This document shows positions 55,971-64,000 of a stretch of DNA of 64,000 nt, one piece after another. Below the pieces are notes generated by a model. The model worked only from the letters and a program-made list of their open reading frames with translations, made no database searches and was not told where the DNA came from. The stretch spans positions 744,001 to 808,000 of the forward strand of contig CM022676.1 of NCBI GenBank assembly GCA_012295275.1, given 5' to 3'. Position 1 is the first letter of the stretch. Every line of letters starts with the position of its first letter. Both the position numbers and the translations under genes were made by a program. This stretch comes from Chrysomallon squamiferum. Taxonomy: Eukaryota; Animalia; Mollusca.

Positions 55971-56200
55971 CAGACACCTGAACTCTCCCAGAAATATCTG
56001 TTAATGTGTCTCTGTGTGTTTGTGTGTTTATATAATCATATTCAGTAGATCAGACACCTGAACTCTCCCAGAAATATCTGTTAATGTGTATGTTTGTGTG
56101 TTTATATAATCATATTCAGTAGACCAGACACCTGAACTCTCCCAGAAATATCTGTTAATGTGTCTGTTTGTGTTTGTGTCTTTATATAACCATATTGAGT
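55971..56200. repeat. 74-80-bp tandem repeat, 3 copies
   Basis: CAGACACCTGAACTCTCCCAGAAATATCTGTTAATGTG starts at 55971, 56051 and 56125. Confidence 0.9.
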
Positions 56201-56601
56201 CGATTCCCTCTAATCCTTTGATGTAAGCATTAAATTATAAAGTTTTATAACAATATTTATTATACAAATCTCGATTGTATCAGGATATTTAAATATTAAA
56301 AATTAACCGAGATTTTTACTAGGTTGAATTGTTTGTTATATCACAATCTACACTATGAATACTAATTCACTAATTCTGTGTCACTACACAGCAGTCACTC
56401 ATCTAAATAGTAATCACAGTCGATGGAATTTCGGAATATTAATTTGTATACACTCTTTACTTTTCAATATGAAAAATACAAATTTTAAAAGGCCTTCAGG
56501 AAACATTATGTAAAGAATTTTAAAATAGATACATGTATTATAAAACAAAAAACAGTAATAGTAATAATATTTAATTTGAATTATTTAAATTACTTTAGGC
56601 A

Positions 56602-56659
<58 letters not shown>

Positions 56660-58353
56660 TAATTACATAAATTAAAAATAGTAATACATATTTTCCTTGT
56701 TGTCTGTATGACAAATAAAGAATTCAGTTGACGGGATTTATAACTTTATTATTTTTATATTGTACGGGTAAAAGGGATGTCTTCATACAATGTGCTTGCT
56801 ACATATTATTTATTATTTTTACTTTATCATGTACTAATAATTCTGTGTGGAAAAGGAAAGAGGTCCAAATAATAACAAATATAATACTTTTTTAATCCAC
56901 ATCAAAACCCCCTCCAATCAAAACCCGTCCGGTCAAAAACCCCTCCAGTCAAAATCTCAGTCAAAAACCCCTCCAGTCAAAATCCTCACAAAGAACCCTC
57001 TCCAGTCAACCCCCCTCCAGTCAAAACCGCTCCAGCCAAAGGACCACCATTCAAAACTTCCTGCGATGAATAGTCAAAAGGTCAAAACCTCATTTATATT
57101 TGATCACAGAGACAGTGAAGAGATTAATGTAATTGGGAAGTCTTGGGAAAATCCTTACATTATAAAGTAATATAATAAAGAAACATGATAGTAATTAGCA
57201 ATATCTGTAAAAAGAAATTATTATAGTGTTTGATCGAGATGATATTTAGCAAAGAGAGAATATCAACAAAGCCTCGGACACTGCATACCATGGAAGTAGA
57301 TCCAGTGAGCTGTGACGTATGCAGTTATATGAATTTCTATGCAATTAAATAACAAGCAAGAATGACTAAAGTTAAATATCTGTAAAACATTAAAAAATAA
57401 TAATAATAATAATAATAACAGAAGACAAACAATATTTGCTGATTTCACTTTCTAATTTCATTTCAAACAGCACGATGAGTAATGTAAACCTGTTTCCGTA
57501 GAGTTTCCTACAGTAAATTACTGGCGGCTGAACGCAGGGGCTATCTCACTATCAGCTAGTGAAATATTCTTATTATTTAAAATAAATTTACACACTGATG
57601 TTGCACACGCTGGTATTACACACACTGACTTTTTTTCTTTTTTCTTTTTTGATTTTAGCAATTTTTCCTTCTACCCTCAGAAAACTCTCCATCACAGTTG
57701 TTGTTTTTGTTCAGATTTTCTTGGCTCGTCGACTGATCTGAGTCTGTTCGGCTGATGTCGGTGGGCAGCATCATATAATTATGTGAGTATCAGATATTTC
57801 TTATCTTTTATCCTTAACGTTAATAAGAACTTGGGTGCTACATGGAATAACTGTAAGACAGTTCTAATTGTCGCTCCATATTTTCTGACTGTGTAACTCA
57901 GTTTGGATGCAGAACAGCATCACATCGAAACAACGAAAGAGTTATAGCTGTCCTCATTACTGACAGCCGTTGTGGTTTTTACCAAATATACAGTGAGTTG
58001 TGATATTAATTCAGGGAGAAGTAATTAATATATTTTGATTACTGATTTGATGACTGACTGGGTTGGTATTTTTCCAGTTGTCATTATTTACTGGCAGATA
58101 AGTAAGAGACGTCCACTGATGGAACGTTACAACGCGGAATCAGCTGTGATGATGTAACACAGACAATGCAGCGTGATGTCGTAACAGCGTGGTGTCGTAA
58201 CAGCGCCTCACTGATGGCAAATCTGATTATTACAGAACAGAAAGGTCCAGTTAATAGATTGTGTTGACATTTACCACTTAAAAAGTTTTCTACTTTGAGT
58301 ATTTGTGTTTTTAGAAACAATTATTTAATTTTTCCTAAACACTATGAATTGTT

Positions 58354-58410
<57 letters not shown>

Positions 58411-58516
58411 TTTATTAACTTTTTAAATTTAATTTCCCCCACCGTGAACTGAAGACATAAGAAAATGAAAAACAGTTAAAAAAATAATAATAAAATAGAA
58501 AATAAAAAATTAAAAA

Positions 58517-58556
<40 letters not shown>

Positions 58557-58695
58557 TAATAATAATAAATGCTCTAAAGATATAAAGCAAAATCAGTTCA
58601 TGCAGTTTAGATGAAGTAAAATATAAATATAACTGCTGGAGTTTAGCAACATTATAAAAACTTTTTTTAGTCATCGAACGAAAAAAAATACCACA

Positions 58696-58760
<65 letters not shown>

Positions 58761-58784
58761 ATACACACACATACACACACACAC

Positions 58785-58824
<40 letters not shown>

Positions 58825-59220
58825 GTCATGCTTAAACAGTACAGAAAGGGAAGAAACAACAAATGAATGCACGTACGTATGTGTTATATTTCTCTCTTTC
58901 AAAATAAATATTTATTTAACAAAATACAAATTTGTTTAAAAACACTACATCCATATCTATTGCGTATAGATAAGTGGCATGTGAACAATGATACAGCATT
59001 ATGCTTAATCGTGAAATAAGGAGGTACATTTTTGTGAACGAAGTCATTTGTAATTTGCAAGATTAAAAAGAGGAAGTAAAATATAAATATAACAATGCTG
59101 TAAGTTAGCAACATTATAAAAACGTAGCAAATTTGTTTATCATTGATATTGCTATCATGTTACCGTTGCATGCTATCAATGCCAATTAGCATGCAAGGGA
59201 AATAACTCGCAGTTAAAAAG

Positions 59221-62200
59221 ATGTCGAATTACAGTAACTACGGTGTGTTTACGGAATTTTGTGGTGGAAGCATTTTATTTGTAAGTACTTTATCATATAA
59301 TTAATGTGCTGAAGATGATCTGTTATTAATTTAATTGCATTAATTTAGTTATTTTTTCCGCTTTATATTTAGGTCAGGTTTTGTTATATAGGTCATTTAG
59401 AAGGCCTGGTCAGTAAGTCACCAAGTGTAGTTATATATATATTATTGTTTTGTTACCATTAAACAGCAACTCTGTTGACGGCGAGAATGAAACATACGGG
59501 TTAACTCCGACTGAATACATACAGATCCGTATGACAGTGGCAGCAACTGAGTTAAAAAGTTTAGCATCGTCAGACACATAAATTGCAATAAAGTGTCACG
59601 TTTGTTGAAACATTAGAGTTAAAGGTAGTTGAAAATTGCATAAACTTTTGAATTATATCTCCAAGATATCGGAAAGATAGTTATAAAATCAACAAGAACT
59701 ACAACTTAACAGTAGTTTTACTAATTCTATGTTTTCTAAATTATATTTATTAACTTTTTTTAAATTATTATTAGCCTACTTTATTATTTTTCATTTTTTA
59801 ATCACTAGATGACTCAAACCATTTTAATAAAAATTTTAATAACATTGCCAAGAATCTCAGGTTGATATTTTCATGTTATACATAATAAATGTTGTATTGC
59901 TTTTCTCATTATCAGAATAAAATCTTCACATAACAATTTATGATAATGATAATCATTTGCAAAAATATTAATTTTATTATTTTCATTATTGAATTACATC
60001 AAAACAACAGCAATCATACAAACGTGTTGACGTAAAATATCAAAATCTGGAACTGATTCAGTAATAAATTTGAAACTAAATTTAATTACTAATAAATAAT
60101 AGAGTAATTTTTATGCACTAAGGTTGTGTGTGTTGATGGTCTTAGTTATTTTGTGTTTTACTGGACAGAATGAGACACTTATTTATTTTGTGTTTTACTG
60201 GACAGAATGAGACACTTATTTATTTTGTGTTTTACTGGACAGAATGAGACACTTCTGCTACAGAGTGACTGGCCACATTTCACTCATTGTTTTCAAAACT
60301 CACTTCTTGTGTGGGTGCCGTGTTCATGGCTGTGGATCACACTGCCTGTCTACCTCTACTACCTCATCAAACAAAATGAAGTTGCTGTTCCTGTTAATTT
60401 ACTCAATACAGTTAAAACTGTAAGTAGTAGTTTATGTGAATATAATGTAAATATTTGATGTCAAAAAATTAATTAAATATTGTTATGTGTGTTTTCTTAC
60501 TACCATATCAAGATATTTATAACTAATACTGGCACTTGTATATTAATTTACACACAAACACAAACACACTCACACATTTTTAAATATATATATCTTTAAG
60601 ATACAAGTTACATTTCTCAGTTACTACACATGCTGTTATGAGATACCAAAATTAACAAAGGAGATGAGGAGCAGTCTGTTAAAAGTATTTTGATTACTCG
60701 AATATTTTAAATTTTCTTTCAGTTCTGTGCTTTGTTCCTCTTTGTTCTGGCAGCTGTAGATTTGATACAAGCAGGCAGTGACAGTGAAAAGAAACATGTA
60801 GCAGGAGTTATCTTTCTTTCTTCTGGTCTAAAAGCAGCAACTTTTGTAAGTTGTTAACATTAAAAAATTAAAATTCTATATTTCTTATTGATTATAAATA
60901 CAACTTAATTTTATACTTTTATATCAACTGTATTTTTCTAAAAGACACTGACTCTTTTAATGAGATAATTGTTAAATGAATCTGTGTCACTAAAACTTCT
61001 GATGTGACATCAAATATACATGACTATTATAAAGTGCTTATACATTTTGTATCTTCTGATCTATGCATGATAGAATTAAGTGCTTCCACTGATAATAGTC
61101 TGTTTAATATTGAATTTTGTTTACATGCTTTTGTGTAAAAAATCAATCCTTTTCATTCTTTAAATACCAGTAACTTTTTTTTTTTTTTTGAAAATCAACA
61201 GTCTCATCAGTAAAAGCACAGCAGTAAAACATCTGTCTTTCTATTAGAATAAATGTGAAAGATTACATTCAGAAAAAATATCTTTTACATCAATAGTTCA
61301 CATTTTTATTATTAATTCACAACATTCTTTTATAGTTAGTTATTTATTTATTTTTTATATATTTTTTTTTTTTCAGCTGTTAGCAACTTTTCTGGTGCAG
61401 TTAGAAAGAAGAAAAGGTCTAGTGACTTCTGGAATTCTGTGGATTTTCTGGTTTTTGTTGTTTGTAGCATCAGTCATTCCATTTTACTCTAAAATCAAGT
61501 TACAGGTATGAATGTCCATTGCTGTAAAATTACTGAAAATGAATTTTAAATGATTTATAGCTAAAAAATATTAAATGTCTGCTATGAAATTAATATAAAC
61601 ATAAAAATTAAATTTCTCTGATTAAGTAATAGCAACATTAAAACAAATAATGGTTTTTCTGCTACTGCATTCTTTTTTGGTATAAATCTGTAGTAATTTT
61701 GGCATTATTTATTACTTTGAAAAATGGATCCTGTTTTTTTTTTCATTTATAAAATTAATTTATGCTCTTTATATTAATAACTCTTTTGTCAGTTTATAAT
61801 TTGTGTGTGTTTTCTAGAAGGATTTATTCAGATTTGTTATAATATATATATATTTTTTTTTTTTTTGTTTTAACTTTGTTGTTATTGTCTTTTTTTTCTT
61901 TTTTTTTCTTTTCTTTTTTAATTGGAGGGAGATTTCTTGTTATTAAGACTTACTCAGATTTGAATTATTTCATTTTGGTAATGCTTTTATATTTGATTTT
62001 TTTTCTAGGAGTATGATGGGAGCCTGTTCAGCTTTGTTTTGTTTTACATTTATTTTACTCTGGTTTTCTTCCAACTTGTTCTGCACTCGTTTGCTGAGAA
62101 GCTGACTCGGGCAGGTTACTATGAAATGGGACAAGTGAGTCTGTTGACATTTGTATCTATTTTATAGTTTTGTGTTAATGAACAAATGGGACAAGTGAGT

Positions 62201-64000
62201 CTGTTGACATTTGTATCTATTTTATAGTTTTGTGTTAATGAACAAATAATTAAAAGTGAGTCTGTTAATTATTACAAAATTTTAACGTTTTTAAAGTTTC
62301 AGGAATAAATAAATGTGCAGTTTATTTTAATATTTAAAATAGCACTGCATTCAGTAAATGATTTGAAATGTTGACACATACCAGCATTCATTTTTCTTAA
62401 AACAAAGAAAATTGCATACTTCTTTTGTTAATTGACAAAATTTACAAAAAACCACAAAGCCATGACAATGATGAGAAAGTTGATGATATCAGATGTATTT
62501 CAGAAACCATCTCCAGAACAAGAAGCCTCATTTCCAAGCAGATTAACATTTCACTGGATAAACAGGTCAGGTCACTCTTGCTTGAGACTGCCTCACTTTC
62601 ATAGTAACATATTAGTAAATCTTACTAAAAGATTATTCTCCTGTTAATTAATTTTAACATGAACAGAAACATGTACATAAAAACAATAATAAAATAATAA
62701 ACAAATCGTGTGAGTACATACAAGACTTACATTTCACTTTAATTGTTATTTCTGTTATTAAGAGTGAAGTTAAGATTATTTAAATCTGTGTTTTTTCTGT
62801 TTCTTGGTCAGACTGGTTTATCTAGGGTACAAAAAGTCGCTAGAAGAAGATGATTTGTTTGAGTTACACCCACGAGACAAAAGTGCGAGAACTGTACCCC
62901 AGTTTTCTAAACAGTGGCAGAAAGAACTGAGCTCAGTGCGCAGAAAAAATCTGTGAGAACACTTTCCATTAAACAACACAAATATGAAGAACAAATTATT
63001 AAATTTTTCAGGAATAAATCACTAAGTTTATTCAAAATGTTTGTCTTTAAAAAAGAAAATGTTTCTAGTATATGAACAAACATAGATTGAGAAATGCTTT
63101 ATACCAGACGAGTGTTGCACAATACAAGGCGTGGTACCTCACTTCTCTAAATTAGTCTGTTCCAGAAAGCTGTTCTAAAACCATGTCAGTTTTTCATAAG
63201 TGATAATATAAATTAAATCAGTGTGTTTACCCAAAGTTACACATAGTGAAGTACATTATTTTAAGTAAAAATGTTGCTTGCATAAAATCTTACAATAAAC
63301 AGTTGAAATATATGAAAATTTAACTTCTCTTTACTTGTGCTGAAACATTTCTTTGGCTGTCTTCAGTTCAGAAACTGTGTTTACATTTGATAACTGAGAC
63401 ATTTTTCTCAAACATCATATTTCAGAACCACCTGTTTGAGTTGGACTGAGATATTAAGACAGCTTATTAATACACACTAAGCATTTTTAATCATCATTTT
63501 AGTAGTTTTGTGCATGAAGTAATGTTAGTTTTCTCTGAACTCAGTAAAAACAAAGTATCATGTATTTTAGCTGACTGGAATCAGAGATGTTTGATTTTGG
63601 AATTTAAGTAAAAAATGTTCCACCTCTATATAAACTCTCTGTTACTGGTTATAAACATAAGTGGATCAAAGAACTGGTTTCCTCTCTGGTTTGATATTAA
63701 TATCAGAAAACACAATATTTACAAACATTTCGTTTATCATTAATTTATTAAAAGCATTGTAATCAAACTGCTGTCTACAATACTGGTATATGAATTCTAT
63801 TTTGTGTTTAAATTAAATCCCATTCTCCTACTATTCCAAAATTAATTGTTTAAAATAAAATACAGTTATCTTATTTCTGTTTTTATTTTTAGAGAAAGAA
63901 AAAAGCTAACAAATCGGCATTGTGTTTCAAACTGGAACAGACTCATCAAGCAGACCTCAGAGAGAACACCACTGCTTGGAAATGGACCTCGCAGAGAAGA
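59221..64000 (+). CDS. ABC transporter subfamily C (MRP1/ABCC1-like), TMD0 and L0 linker region; 3'-partial
   Basis: Exons 59221-59280 (MSNY...FCGGSILF), 60243-60419 (PHFTHCFQNSLLVWVPC), 60723-60845, 61377-61505 (ERRKGLVTSGILWIFW), 62009-62134, 62504-62565 (PSPEQEASFPSRLTFHWIN), 62812-62952 (GYKKSLEEDDLFEL) and 63893-end. These are typical long-MRP N-terminal motifs. Confidence 0.9.
60146..60254 (+). repeat. 37-bp tandem repeat, 3 copies, spanning the ABCC exon 2 acceptor
   Basis: TTATTTTGTGTTTTACTGGACAG|AATGAGACACTT; the AGs end at 60168, 60205 and 60242. Confidence 0.95.
62124..62266 (+). repeat. 60-bp tandem duplication spanning the ABCC exon 5 donor
   Basis: AAATGGGACAA|GTGAGTCTGTTG with GT at 62135 and 62195, and a partial third copy at 62256. 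Confidence 0.93.

Noticed and set aside
56900-57090. 107-aa K/P/Q/S-rich ORF
   Set aside because: It derives from a degenerate AAAACCCCCTCCAGTC repeat and has no splice or homology support.
57715-57782. Candidate non-coding 5' exon of the ABCC gene (TTCAG...GTGAGT)
   Set aside because: The splice signals are plausible but cannot be verified without transcript data.

Overview
AT-rich, intron-rich animal genomic DNA. It looks invertebrate and probably molluscan, which is an inference from gene content and the GA/CA/TAA microsatellite load. Five spliced protein-coding genes were reconstructed by hand with GT-AG junctions and consistent phases. (1) A minus-strand uninflatable-like extracellular protein (signal peptide, C-type lectin, LDLa, CUB, PAN/apple, CUB, CUB) that runs off the left edge. 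(2, 3) Two head-to-head SLC16/monocarboxylate-transporter paralogs. (4) A minus-strand ERG/FLI/FEV-type ETS factor. (5) The 5' part of an ABCC/MRP1-type transporter that runs off the right edge. Introns and the intergenic spacer hold fossil hAT, MULE/FLYWCH and THAP-type DNA transposons, an isolated long hairpin and many mini/microsatellites. Two patterns stand out. First, at least four tandem arrays have a unit that is an exon-intron junction (11-20 exonic nt plus the splice site), giving 2 to about 45 competing splice sites. Second, the inverted SLC16 paralogs are a mosaic of near-identical and heavily diverged blocks, consistent with gene conversion, with a 31-nt island in TM5 that escaped homogenisation. 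Most long ORFs in the supplied track are repeat artefacts.
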